Shown here in pieces: positions 13,943 to 26,690 of a DNA stretch of 64,000 nt; the stretch's first letter is position 1, and every line of letters starts with the position of its first letter. The translations under genes and the position numbers were made by a program. The notes under the pieces were generated by a model. It saw only the letters and a program-made list of their open reading frames with translations, made no database searches and was not told the DNA's origin. Source of the stretch: Eledone cirrhosa (taxonomy: Eukaryota). Location of the stretch: assembly GCA_964016885.1 (NCBI GenBank), contig OZ024756.1:26536001-26600000 (forward strand), given 5' to 3'.

Positions 13943-14031
13943 CTGAGTGTGCCACTAAAGATAGTAGCCAGAAACATTCCAGGTACACCAGGGATGTGTC
14001 CTAACGTATCCATCACGAACAGGGGAAGTAA
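13943..14031 (-). CDS. SLC5 exon 8
   Basis: LLPLFVMDTLGHIPGVPGMFLATIFSGTLS, 89 bp. Confidence 0.93.
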
Positions 14032-14262
14032 CTGAAAGGAAAAATAGAAAATATTACACAAAATATCTTAACAGTTCACTACATATATATATATACATAC
14101 GTACAGACATATATATATATATAAACAATGAGTTATTTAATTTGTTGATTATTCAACAAAGTTAATTTATAACAGATTAGAAGCACCCAACAGTTATGGT
14201 TTTATAAAGATAGTTTCCATTTATTAATATTATTCATATATATATATTGATATATATATATG

Positions 14263-14307
<45 letters not shown>

Positions 14308-14335
14308 ATATATATAGATATATATATATATATAT

Positions 14336-14640
14336 GGAGGCACATGGCTTAGTGGCCTTGCAATCGAAAGGTTGTGAGTTCAATTCTCAGACTGGGTGAT
14401 GTGTTGTTTCCTTGAGCAAGACACTTTATTTCACATTGCTCCAGTTTACTCAGCTGTAGAAATGAGATGATAGGGACTGGATAGTGGTCGTGGAGGTGCC
14501 ACGGCAAAAAAGCACCCAGCACTCACTGTAAATGAGGTTGGTGTTAGGAAGGGCATCTAGCTGTAGAAATCAAGCCAGCATCAGTTCCCGTCCCACCCTT
14601 GCAAGCAGGGAAAAAGCCGACGTAAAATGAAATGATGATG
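14336..14640 (+). mobile_element. tRNA-derived CORE-like SINE with RTE tail (copies 16745-17088 -, 35249-35541 +, 23597-23730 +)
   Basis: A/B boxes, TCCTTGAGCAAGACACTT core, 3' end matches LINE tail at 9079-9128. Confidence 0.8.
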
Positions 14641-14667
14641 ATATATATGTATATATATATATGTATG

Positions 14668-14764
<97 letters not shown>

Positions 14765-14829
14765 TGATATATGTTGATTTAAAACTGCACTATTCACAAG
14801 TGTTTTTTAACCTTCAAATCATGTCCTCC

Positions 14830-14900
14830 TATTTTATCTGATGAAAACACAAATATTATTGCATGATGATATTTGTTTTTGAAATGCGTATAATAAAATA
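14830..14900 (+). ncRNA. Type I hammerhead ribozyme (minimal)
   Basis: TATTTTAT-CTGATGA-long stem II-GAAA-TGCGTA-TA-ATAAAATA. Confidence 0.85.
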
Positions 14901-14928
14901 CATGGAACTCTTTTAACCATCTTTTGAT

Positions 14929-14983
<55 letters not shown>

Positions 14984-15157
14984 CAACTTTGACATAACTA
15001 TGGGATCTAGTGACTCGGCGCAGGTCCACAAACAATTATTAGTTAGGTTCTGAGGAAAATTCTGTGAAAAACCGAGATTGCAAATGCCAGGGGTACACTG
15101 TGTATATATACAACCCTTATTGAGTCCTCTCTGGAGTTTGGTGTTTGTATTTATTAT

Positions 15158-15191
<34 letters not shown>

Positions 15192-15256
15192 GGCTGAGTG
15201 ATTAGGAATGAAATATTATCTATTGTGTGATTCATTGGAAAATGAAGAAGACTTAC

Positions 15257-15386
15257 TTGGTCCGATGCACTGATTAATTTGATTGATTTGGGGTCACAGG
15301 AACTGTAGAAAGCATACATGACGATCCCTATCAAACTACAGAGGATAAGGATGAGTACAAGCCCCGGGAAATTCAACCAGATTGCT
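15257..15386 (-). CDS. SLC5 exon 7
   Basis: AIWLNFPGLVLILILCSLIGIVMYAFYSSCDP...SDQ, 130 bp. Confidence 0.93.
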
Positions 15387-15654
15387 CTAAAAGGTAATAC
15401 AAATTTGTGGAGAAATAGGAAATACTTAGTTTACACATACATATGTATACATACCTACATGTACACCCACACATCCACACCTACATGTACACCCACACAT
15501 CCACACATACATGTACACCCACACATCCATACCTACATGTACACCCACACATCCACACATACATGTGTGGATGTGTGGGTGTGAGTCTGTATGAGAAAAA
15601 AGCTTCATTGAACTTTTTGTATATAGGAAATAATAGCTTATATTCCCTATTATT

Positions 15655-16385
15655 TCCTTCTTCTTCTTTGCCCCCTTATTCCTGAGAGGGTCGTGGGGGC
15701 ACAGTCCTCAAACACTCCTTCCAGCAGGTCCTGTCAGAAGCAACCATCTCCAACTGATATGGCTGGATTCCCAAGTGAGACCAGCTAAGCTCCTGGATAT
15801 GATCCAACCATTTTGCTCGGGGTCTACACCTGGGTCTCCTACCTGTTGGTTTTTGCCTGTAAAATCTGTCCAGTGATTCTTTCCCGAGACATTCTAACCA
15901 TATGCCAACTGTATCGGAGCTGTGATCTCCAAATTCAGAGAAGTAGCGGCTCTACCTGGAATGACTCACTGATCTCCAAGTTACGCACTTTATCCAGTAA
16001 CATTACTCCAAAGACCCTTCGGAGGAATCCCCTTTCGGACGCTTGTATTCGCAATCGTATTCTTTTGGTCATTACCCAAGATTCATGACCATAGGTGAGT
16101 GTTGGCACGAATGCTGAATTGAGGACAACAAATTTGGCTATAATACCTACCTCTCTTCTTCTGAGTACTGAATACTGAAGCTGGTGCATTACTGCACCAG
16201 CTTTTGCAATAATTCTTGCACTTAATTCAGCCTCCTGCCTTCCATCACTCGTGAACACAGCCCTGAGATACTTGAACTTCTCTATCTGCTTCAGTGGAAG
16301 CCCATTCACATGTAGCATGCACTGTGCAGGCTTGCTTGAGAGGATGTGTGTCTCAGTTTTTGCAGCACTCATTTTCATTCCAGCT
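15655..16385 (-). mobile_element. RTE LINE 3' fragment
   Basis: MKMSAAKTE...IEKFKYL...PTLTYGHESW...IQASERGFLRR; (GAA)n tail. Confidence 0.85.
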
Positions 16386-17168
16386 ATATATATAGCTCTG
16401 TATCATGTATTAATTTCTCCTTCCATTTTCTGAGATATTTTCACTTGCTACAAGGGAAACAGTCCTTTTTTCTTGACTGATGTATCGTGTTAATTCTTCC
16501 CTCCACCTATAGAGATTTTCTCACTTGCTACAAACGCGTCTGGAAAACAGTCCTTTTCTCTGAGGTGTTCCTTAACAAGCTGATTGGCCTCACAACGATG
16601 GTGCATTTCTATAATGCACAGTTGTTGCATATGGATCAGTGAAACTGCTCAGTCGGGACTTTGAAGAAAAAATAGGTATAATTTTGTCTTTTATTTCCTC
16701 TTTTTTTGTAATTTGATATATATATATATATATATATACATCCATCATTTCATCATTTCATTTCATTTTACGTCCGCTTTTTTCCTGCTTGCAAGGGTGG
16801 GACGGGAACTGATTTTGGCTTGATTTCTACAGCTGGATACCCTTCCTAACACCAACCTCATTTACAGTGTGGGCTGGGTGCTTTTTTGCCGTGGCACCTC
16901 CACGACCACTTTGCAGTGGAATGATAGGAACCCCAGTCCCTATCATCTCATTTCTACAGCTGAGTAAACTGGAGCAATGTGAAATAAAGTGTCTTGCTCA
17001 AGGAAACAACACATCACCCAGTCTGAGAATTGAACTCACAACCTTTCGATTGCAAGGCCAATGCTCTAACCACTAAGCCATGTGCCTCCATATATATATA
17101 AACATATTTACATATATACATAATATATTTCTATGTGTGTGTGTGAATAAAGAAAGTCAGATACTTAC

Positions 17169-17309
17169 ATTTGGGCTTTTCTTAGCGTAGGCAATGCAAA
17201 TGACCTCTGAACTTGCGCCTGATTGGTTCCATAAATACCAGTCCAGAGTAAACTTCCACCAATCAGAAATCCCCAAAATGTGTGACGAACACGAGGATCA
17301 AAATTAAAA
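17169..17309 (-). CDS. SLC5 exon 6
   Basis: FNFDPRVRHTFWGFLIGGSLLWTGIYGTNQAQVQR, 141 bp. Confidence 0.93.
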
Positions 17310-17685
17310 CTAAATAAAAAAAAAAAGAGTTTGGTATGGTTTCCTACTGTTACTACTGATAGTGATGATAGTGGTGATGGTAGTGATGAGGATGGTGGTG
17401 GTGGTGGTGGTGGGGTTGGGAATGGTGAGGGTGATGATAGTGGGGATGATGATGATGATGGTGACAATGATGGCGTTGGTGGTGATGATGATGAGGATGA
17501 TGATGGTGGTGGTGGTAATGATGGTGGCAGTGGTGATGATGATTGTGACGATGATGATGATGTTTGTGGTGGTGATGGTGATGGTTGTGACGATGATGAT
17601 GATGTTTGTGGTGGTGATGGTGATGGTTGTGGTGGTGATGGTTGTGGCGATGATGATGAGGATGATGATCTGATCATTAACCCTT

Positions 17686-19668
17686 TAGCATTTACATTAC
17701 TCTATATATACTATTGTATTTTCATGGTAAAGGCTTTATCTAACATAACATTTACATTACTCTATATATACTATTGTATTTTCATGGTAAAGGCTTTACC
17801 TCACATAGCATTTACATTACTCTATATATACTATTGTATTTTCATGGTAAAGGCTTTACCTCACATAGCATTTACATTACTCTATATATACTATTGTATT
17901 TTCATGGTAAAGGCTTTACCTCACATAGCATTTACATTACTCTATATATACTATTGTATTTTCATGGTAAAGGCTTTACCTCACATAACATTTACATTAC
18001 TCTATATATACTATTGTATTTTCATGGTAAAGGCTTTACCTCACATAGCATTTACATTACTCTATATATACTATTGTATTTTCATGGTAAAGGCTTTACC
18101 TCACATAACATTTACATTACTCTATATATACTATTGTATTTTCATGGTAAAGGCTTTACCTCACATAGCATTTACATTACTCTATATATACTATTGTATT
18201 TTCATGGTAAAGGCTTTACCTCACATAGCATTTACATTACTCTATATATACTATTGTATTTTCATGGTAAAGGCTTTACCTCACATAACATTTACATTAC
18301 TCTATATATACTATTGTATTTTCATGGTAAAGGCTTTACCTCACATAACATTTACATTACTCTATATATACTATTGTATTTTCATGGTAAAGGCTTTACC
18401 TCACATAGCATTTACATTACTCTATATATACTATTGTATTTTCATGGTAAAGGCTTTACCTCACATAACATTTACATTACTCTATATATACTATTGTATT
18501 TTCATGGTAAAGGCTTTACCTCACATAGCATTTACATTACTCTATATATACTATTGTATTTTCATGGTAAAGGCTTTACCTCACATAACATTTACATTAC
18601 TCTATATATACTATTGTATTTTCATGGTAAAGGCTTTACCTCACATAGCATTTACATTACTCTATATATACTATTGTATTTTCATGGTAAAGGCTTTACC
18701 TCACATAGCATTTACATTACTCTATATATACTATTGTATTTTCATGGTAAAGGCTTTACCTCACATAACATTTACATTACTCTATATATACTATTGTATT
18801 TTCATGGTAAAGGCTTTACCTCACATAACATTTACATTACTCTATATATACTATTGTATTTTCATGGTAAAGGCTTTATCTCACATAACATTTACATTAC
18901 TCTATATATACTATTGTATTTTCATGGTAAAGGCTTTACCTCACATAACATTTACATTACTCTATATATACTATTGTATTTTCATGGTAAAGGCTTTATC
19001 TAACATAACATTTACATTACTCTATATATACTATTGTATTTTCATGGTAAAGGCTTTACCTCACATAACATTTACATTACTCTATATATACTATTGTATT
19101 TTCATGGTAAAGGCTTTACCTCACATAACATTTACATTACTCTATATATACTATTGTATTTTCATGGTAAAGGCTTTACCTCACATAGCATTTACATTAC
19201 TCTATATATACTATTGTATTTTCATGGTAAAGGCTTTACCTCACATAACATTTACATTACTCTATATATACTATTGTATTTTCATGGTAAAGGCTTTATC
19301 TCACATAACATTTACATTACTCTATATATACTATTGTATTTTCATGGTAAAGGCTTTACCTCACATAACATTTACATTACTCTATATATACTATTGTATT
19401 TTCATGGTAAAGGCTTTATCTAACATAACATTTACATTACTCTATATATACTATTGTATTTTCATGGTAAAGGCTTTACCTCACATAACATTTACATTAC
19501 TCTATATATACTATTGTATTTTCATGGTAAAGGCTTTACCTCACATAACATTTACATTACTCTATATATACTATTGTATTTTCATGGTAAAGGCTTTACC
19601 TCACATAACATTTACATTACTCTATATATACTATTGTATTTTCATGGTAAAGGCTTTATCTAACATAA
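17686..19668. repeat. 60-bp tandem satellite, ~33 units
   Basis: Exact 60-bp period. Confidence 0.97.
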
Positions 19669-19717
19669 TTATCTCACATAATATTGAATCTATAAGGTTT
19701 TGATATTATTTATCAAA

Positions 19718-20098
19718 GGGTGGTGGTTTGGCAGTATCAGTAGAGCGTCAGACACCGTGCTTTGCAGCATAGAGTTATGGCCCTTTGCGTTCTGAGTTCA
19801 AATCCTGCTGAGGTTAACTTTGCCTTTCATCCTTACGAGGTTGATAAAATAAAGTACCAGTGATGCACTGGGGTAATCGCTGGCCTGGTGCCAAAAGTAG
19901 AAACTCTAGGGCAGTGGATTGGCAGTATTGGTAGAGGGTCGAACGCCATGCTTTGCAGCATAGAGTTGCGTCCCTTTACGATCTGAGTTCAAATCCCGCC
20001 GAGGTTAACTTTGCCTTTCATCCTTACGGGGGTCGATAAAATAAAGTACCAGTAATGCACTGGGATAATTGCTGGCCTTGTGCCAAAAGTAGAAACAA
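19718..20098 (+). mobile_element. Two tandem tRNA-derived SINEs inserted in a MITE
   Basis: TGGCAGTAT..GAGTTCAAATCC..GCCTTTCATCCTTACG..GATAAAATAAAGTACCAG; ATTATTTAT direct repeat at both ends. Confidence 0.8.
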
Positions 20099-20308
20099 TT
20101 ATTTATTTTGAGAACAATACCTTAACATCAGTGTGAGCATCCAGTTATGGCCGGTTTAAACAGAAAGAGATGAAAGAATTGTGGCTGGATACGGCCAGTT
20201 TAAATGGTAAAGGGTTTTAAACATGGAATGATCTGATTAATAAACATGTAGCTCTTTGATCAGTAAACATGGAGTAAAATTATAAAAAAGAAGGCAAAGT
20301 TTACTTAC

Positions 20309-20463
20309 TCACTAAAGTAGATCCTCTGATTTTTATTAGCAATGGCAATGGCTTGTCCCATACCTCCAACCTCACGGCTGCCTATGATTAACACCAACAA
20401 TAGACCAGAGATCATCAGTATGGACTGGAAGGTGTCAGTCCAGAGGAGAGCTTTCATGCCACC
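20309..20463 (-). CDS. SLC5 exon 5
   Basis: GGMKALLWTDTFQSILMISG..., SSS-family signature, 155 bp. Confidence 0.93.
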
Positions 20464-20502
20464 CTGAAAGAAGGAGGAAGAGGTAGAGACAGAAGATAAT
20501 GC

Positions 20503-20544
<42 letters not shown>

Positions 20545-21081
20545 ATATAGGTGTATATATATAGGTGTGTATATATATATATATATATACGAGGGAGCTT
20601 CAGAAAGTTCATGGAAAATCATCTACTGAAATTTGTGTGGAGTTGTGGTACATATGTGGCATCTCGTGCCATGTTTGTTGCAGGCTTTCACAATACTCCA
20701 TTTGATGGTAAGGTTTGCCATGCAGCTGTCTTTCAATTACCAAATATATTTTGAGAGACATGTTGAATTCTGCAATCATCTGTCATTGAATGTCTTCCTT
20801 TATTTATACTGTGTCTGCTATTAAAACGTTAGTTCTTGTCCGATGACCCTGTGATAAACTTGAGAAACACCAGAGTAACAAAACTCACTATCTAGCTTTA
20901 ATAAAATGAATATATATTATCATCATAATCATCATCATCATCACCATCATTTAAAGTCTATCTTCCACGCTAGCATGGGTTTAGACGGGAATTGTCCCAC
21001 TTAAGGCAAGATTGGTTGTCTTGCTCGTATAGGACTGTCTGGCAGGTTTTCTACAGCTGGATGCCCTTCCTAACACCAATA

Positions 21082-21124
<43 letters not shown>

Positions 21125-21427
21125 GAAAAAGTGGAGAATAACATGGTCAACAGTACAAAAAAGGGGATTTATTTACAGTCTAACAATTGTTTCACTGATA
21201 AAGATGTCTAAAAATTGCTGAACACTAGAAACAGTGCCATGTCATTCTCAACTTTTTCAATTTTATTACTCCAAGATAAACTTCCATAGGAATACAAGTG
21301 AAATCATAAACTCGTCATCTACGTAAACCTCTGGTTGAGTCAAATAACGCTGTACGCTAAAACTATCCGTAATAAAAGGTATTCACAACCTCTAACTGGA
21401 TTACTTATAACGATATTTTGTTATCCT

Positions 21428-21880
21428 TTATCATCATCATCATCACCGTTTTACGTCCGTTCTTCCACGCTAGCATGGGTTAGATGGGTTGTCCTGTTGT
21501 GGGCTGTGTCTGGTCGGCTGACCATGCCTTGCTCATACAGGAACTGATTTTGGCTTGATTTCTACAGCTGGATGCCCTTCCTAACACCAACCTCATTTAC
21601 AGTGAGTGCTGGGTGCTTTTCCGTGGCGCCTACATGTCCACTTTACAGTGTGGGCTGGGTGCTTTTTTGCTGTGGCACCTCCACGACCACCTTGCAGTGG
21701 GAGGGTGTGGGGGCATATTGTCTATATGCTTCAGCTTGTACCCATGGGAGGTCGGGTACTCTGTATTACTGCGTCACGCCAGAGGTCACGGTCGTGTGTC
21801 ATCGCCTTTGAGAGGTGTAATTGGGTAAGGTCGGCTTTTATCACCTCATCCCAGGTCATCTTGGGTCTCCCCACCCCAAC
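21428..21880 (-). mobile_element. Composite RTE tail + SINE tail element (near-identical copy 36752-37212 +)
   Basis: [15 protein letters not shown]...DRDLWRDAV joined to SINE 3' domain and (GAT)n. Confidence 0.75.
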
Positions 21881-21892
21881 AGTTTCCATCGA

Positions 21893-21980
<88 letters not shown>

Positions 21981-22129
21981 AACGTGGAAGTTTCATTTAC
22001 ATGTATAAGATATTTATTGTGTATGCACGTTTCATAGCGGATTGGCTCAAGGTCACACATAGGAGTTAAGGACCTACCTTCGCTATCGATCTACACTACA
22101 CACACACACACACATATATATATACATAT

Positions 22130-22176
<47 letters not shown>

Positions 22177-22311
22177 TCCAGAATTAGCTGTCGAAACGGC
22201 TTGAGCTCAGCCGTCGGGGTCCTACTCGTTCCTATTACCCACTCTACTACCCTAAGTATTGAGTACTTTGGTGCGTTATGGTCCATCTGGTTCCTTACCA
22301 CATTTCCTTCG

Positions 22312-22372
<61 letters not shown>

Positions 22373-22435
22373 TATATACACACACAGCATGCATATAGAG
22401 GGGGGGAGGAGAAAGAAAGAAAAGAGGTGCCTTAC

Positions 22436-22503
22436 CAGTGATGTGTAAAATGTACAGACGAGACCAACACTGAGGACTGAGTACCAGAGGGAGAAACCTG
22501 TAA
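22436..22503 (-). CDS. SLC5 exon 4
   Basis: VTGFSLWYSVLSVGLVCTFYTSL, 68 bp, phases fit. Confidence 0.92.
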
Positions 22504-22908
22504 CTGATAAAGAGAGAGAGAAGACAAAGATATGTTACTAATATAGGTAGTCATATATTGAAGATTGTGCATAGAATCTTCAAGATGGGGAAGAGGCCTT
22601 GTGGTAACTCAACAGTTTATACACATATACATGCATCATACATTTTTATCCAGCCCACACTGTAAAGTGGTTGTGTAGGAGACACAGCAGAAAGCCCCCA
22701 GCACACACAGTAAATGTGGTTGGTGTTAGGAAGGGCATCCAGCCGTAGAAAACCAGCCAGAAACAGTCCTATATGAACCAAGACATGGTCACCCAACCCA
22801 ATTTGCCTCAAATGGGACAAACCCTTCTAACCCACGCTAGGGTGGAAAGTAGACATTAAACGACAATGATGATATATATATATATATATATACATACATA
22901 TATATATC

Positions 22909-23430
22909 TCGTTTCTGAATTTGTTTAGCAAGATTCTTTATCTGAAAACGTGTGTTGAAACCGATATGGTTATACTTTGGAGGGTCATGTTGCCAATAAG
23001 AAACACACGCACCAGTTGCTTTCACTTCAATTTATTATAATAAATTTATAAATTGAGGAATTTATAAATTTCCGGTTGGTTGGTTGGTTCCACAACCAGA
23101 TGGTTGTTTATATATTGTCAAAGTTCTTTCGTCACACATCCTGTGACCTCTTCAGTGACTGGGGATTCTTTTCTTTGTTTTGACACACACAAAAACAAGA
23201 TGGCATAGGACAGAACAAAGGAGAGGCACAAAAAAACAAAGAAAAGAATCCCCAGTCACTGAAGAGGTCACAGAATGTGTGACGAAAGAACTTTGACAAT
23301 ATATAAACAACCATCTGGTTGTGGAACCAACCAACCGGAAATTTATAAATTTATTATAATAAATTGAAGTGAAAGCAACTGGTGCGTGTGTTTCTTATTG
23401 GCAACATGACCCTCCCAAAGTATAACAATA
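22909..23430 (-). mobile_element. Fold-back Penelope-like terminal fragment with hammerhead
   Basis: About 215-bp arms around a ~50-nt loop, TA-flanked. Confidence 0.75.
23255..23297 (+). ncRNA. Type I hammerhead ribozyme (minimal); mirror copy on - strand at 23117-23159
   Basis: GTCA-CTGAAGA-G-GTCACA/TGTGAC-GAAA-GAAC-TT-TGAC. Confidence 0.75.
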
Positions 23431-23924
23431 TATATATCATCATCATTGAACAACTATTTTTTTGACACTAGTATGGGTAAGACAAGTTGCCCCGTTTGAG
23501 GCAAAGTAGGTCAGGTGACCGTGTCTTCTCATACAGAACTGTCTCTGGCAGTATAATGTACATTACAAATGGAAGAAGCTCTCTATATTAATATGAAGGA
23601 CCATGGCTTAGTGATTAGAGCATCAGGCTTACAATCCTGAGGTTGTCAGTTTGATTCTCAGATCGGGTTTTGTGTTGTGTTCATGAGCAAAACACTTTAT
23701 TTTCACGTTGCTCCATTATTCAGCTATGAGTGAAATAGCCTCACCACGATTGGTCAAGTGTGGTGAGTACAACCAAAACAGAAAACGGTGGAGGTCAATC
23801 CAGTAGGAGTGAAAAGGCCCTGGATTGTATATATATATATATATATGTATAAATATATATATATATATACACACACATATACATATACACACATATATAT
23901 ATACATATATATATATATATGCAT

Positions 23925-24005
<81 letters not shown>

Positions 24006-24214
24006 AAACGTGGTTGGTGTTAGGAAGGGCATCCAGCTGTAGAAAACCCGCCAGACAGTCCTATGCAAGCAAGACAACCACTCTTGCCTCAAGTGGGAAA
24101 ACTCCCATCCAAACCCATGCAAGCGTGGAACATGGACGTTAAACGATGATGATGATGATGATGATGATATATACACACATAAATATACATACATATGTAT
24201 ATATATACACAGAT

Positions 24215-24940
24215 GTACAGTGCTCAGGTGCACTACAACTCATCAAAGGTGCATGTATAGTACATAGAATAATGTACAAATGTCAGGAAAATGAACAGTG
24301 TACTAGTCATGAAATACATGTGTGTGTGTGTATGGAGGGGCAATATTAGGTGAAGTGTTGGCGAATCTCAGGAAGCATAGAGGTTTTAAAGGATGCAGTG
24401 TCTCGGCAGCTAATAACTGACTCAGGCAGTTTGTTCCATGCTTCAGCAACTCTGAGCGTGAAAAAATGTTTCCGAAAGTCATGGGAACTGTGCTGTTTTC
24501 TGACTTTGTAGGCATGTCCACATGTGTTAGACACATGGAAATCAAAAAGGTGCTCAGGGTGGTTGTTGGCAAGATGGTTAATAATTTTGTGGAGGTTTAC
24601 CAAGTCAGTTGCCAGACGTCGGAGCTTCAATGTATCCATGTCCAGGGAAGCAAGGCGCTCAGAGTATGGTAGATGCCTGATGGAGTGTATTCGCTTGGTT
24701 CCACGTCTCTGAACAGTTTCCAGCCGGTCAATGTTCCGAGCAAGATAGGGGTTCCAGACTGGGGATACAAATTCTAAGTGTGGCCACACCATAGCTATAT
24801 ACAGTTTTAAATAGATAGCTGGAGAGCGGCTGACAAAGGTCTTGCTGAGTGATGCTAAGACACCCTCGGCTTCCTTGACAATTTTAGGCTGAGGGTGTCT
24901 TAGCATCATTCACCAAGACCTTTGTCAGCCGCTCCCCAGC

Positions 24941-24942
<2 letters not shown>
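24215..24942 (-). mobile_element. CR1/L2-type LINE 3' end with 5' fold-back
   Basis: LYIAMVWPHLEFVSPVWNPY...LETVQRRGTK...FFTLRVAEAWNKLP. Confidence 0.88.
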
Positions 24943-25027
<85 letters not shown>

Positions 25028-25313
25028 AGTATAGATTAAAGTTTAAGCAAAGAATCATTGCTTTCATCCTATTCTGGATTCTTCTGAAATATATATATAG
25101 ATAGTTTTTTTTTATCAGTAATATTGTATCAAATGGGTTAAGCAAATAACCTACTTTACTAAATGGTTACTATTAACCTCAGCCAATTATGACTAGAGAA
25201 AGGCATATATGTTATAACATCTTAGTCCACATTTTGCTATATACATCTCAAGTCCTATGTACATGTAATAAATATATCATTATAGTGATAATGTATTGAA
25301 TTACTGTTGTTAC

Positions 25314-25365
25314 CTGCATTGAGGGCTAGTGCTGGACCATACAGTACTATAGCCATATACATCAA
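25314..25365 (-). CDS. SLC5 exon 3
   Basis: LMYMAIVLYGPALALNA, 52 bp, CAG/GTAAC. Confidence 0.92.
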
Positions 25366-26207
25366 CTGAAAAAAAAAACAGCAGAATATGTATTTATGTA
25401 TATATGTATGTATGCATGCATGTATGCATGTATGCATGTATGCATGTATGTATGTATGTATGTCAGGTCACCAGTTGGTGCTACTGGTAACATGTATCCC
25501 AGTACAACCTGTCCCATGGTCGGGTCGTTGGCGACTAAACTGGCAACCCCACCAAGGTTTCTTGGTGAGGAGGGTGACTTTGGACATCCTGCAGGACTAA
25601 AAACAAAACCTGTCAAAGGGCAAAGGAGCTCTTAAGAGTCAATGGCCATCCAAAATCACCGGGAGAGATGACCCCTTAGCCTTTGTCAAGGCAGAATTCT
25701 AGGAGAAGGAAAACTCTGATATAACACCTGCAACCCTGATGGTATCCAATGATGTTGACTTGTTCTTCTTTTTGGTAAATATCATCTTGGTTAAGAGAGT
25801 GGGACTGGCTTTGTGCAGTGCCTTTGCTCACTATAAAAGCTTCATGGCACAGGCATTGCTTTATATCTGGAGATCTCTCTGCACTTGTCGTCACATGGTA
25901 CCATGGGCCCAGCACTATGTGTCAGTAATTGTCACAAGTGTAGTGTTTGTACCAGAGTTTTCAAGTCGCTGGCTGGACTAAAAAGTCACACTCGTTCAGC
26001 GCTTCGGTAGGGGTTCTCCTACATGGATATAAAGTAGTGGCCGTACTCGAAAACGAGTTGGCAGCCACCATGTATGTATGTATGTATGTATGTATGTATG
26101 TATGTATGTACTTATGTATGTATCTATGGACATGTATATGTATATATGTGTGTATGTATGTATGTACATATTTATATATCTGTGTATGTATGAACATATG
26201 TATATAT

Positions 26208-26650
26208 CTATGGAGAAAGACTGTATATGAGGGGAAAGTTGCCTTTGAGGCATCTCGAATCGCATACGAGAAAGTAAAGAGGGATGTGAGGAAGGGCATT
26301 GCTGTTGCATTTCCAGACAGCGAAGGTCCTCCTCCTGTGGCGTTGACATGCAGCGTCTGTGCGAGACTCTGTCTCAGCGAAGCTGGACTCGAAAATCATC
26401 TTCGCAGTCATAAAGTGAAACCAGTGGTTGACTACCAGGCTGCTGTTGGAGATGCTACTCATCATGCCTGCCAAGCATGTGGTAGAGAATGTAAATCAAC
26501 AGGAGGGCTCAAGCAACATGCAAAAGTACATGAACTCCAACCACAGCCGGCTATTCCCAGTGAATGTTTTGGGTGCCAACTTTGTGCAAGACATTTTAGA
26601 TCATTGGCTGGGCTAAAAAGCCACATTTAATCACAGCACTGTTAATCGTT
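26208..26650 (+). mobile_element. RTE/BovB-like LINE 3' end with three C2H2 fingers
   Basis: WRKTVYEG..FE..R...KR..RK followed by three CxxC-R-x-x-S-x-x-GL-x-x-H motifs. Confidence 0.65.
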
Positions 26651-26690
26651 ATCATGTGTGTGTGTGTGTGTATGTGTGTATATATATATA

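Larger units (their letters stand above)
17677..20220 (+). mobile_element. TTAA/CCCTTT MITE (piggyBac-like ends) expanded by satellite and SINEs; copies 8078-8293, 33956-34183, 49381-49591, 55259-55461, 55562-55788
   Basis: TTAACCCTTTAGCA...TAAAGGGTT ends; shared ~215-bp body. Confidence 0.75.

Noticed and set aside
15046-15073. CTGAGGA...GAAA with GGTT/AACC
   Set aside because: No stem II, stem III or UH site; at most a dead remnant
17686-19668. CRISPR-like periodic array
   Set aside because: No unique spacers; plain tandem repeat in a eukaryote
17331-19703. 790-aa ORF
   Set aside because: Read-through of (GAT/GGT)n and the 60-bp satellite, antisense within an intron
19718-19810. tRNA gene
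   Set aside because: A/B boxes belong to SINE heads; no cloverleaf seen
20590-20900. Mariner-like end TACGAGGG
   Set aside because: No matching second TIR found
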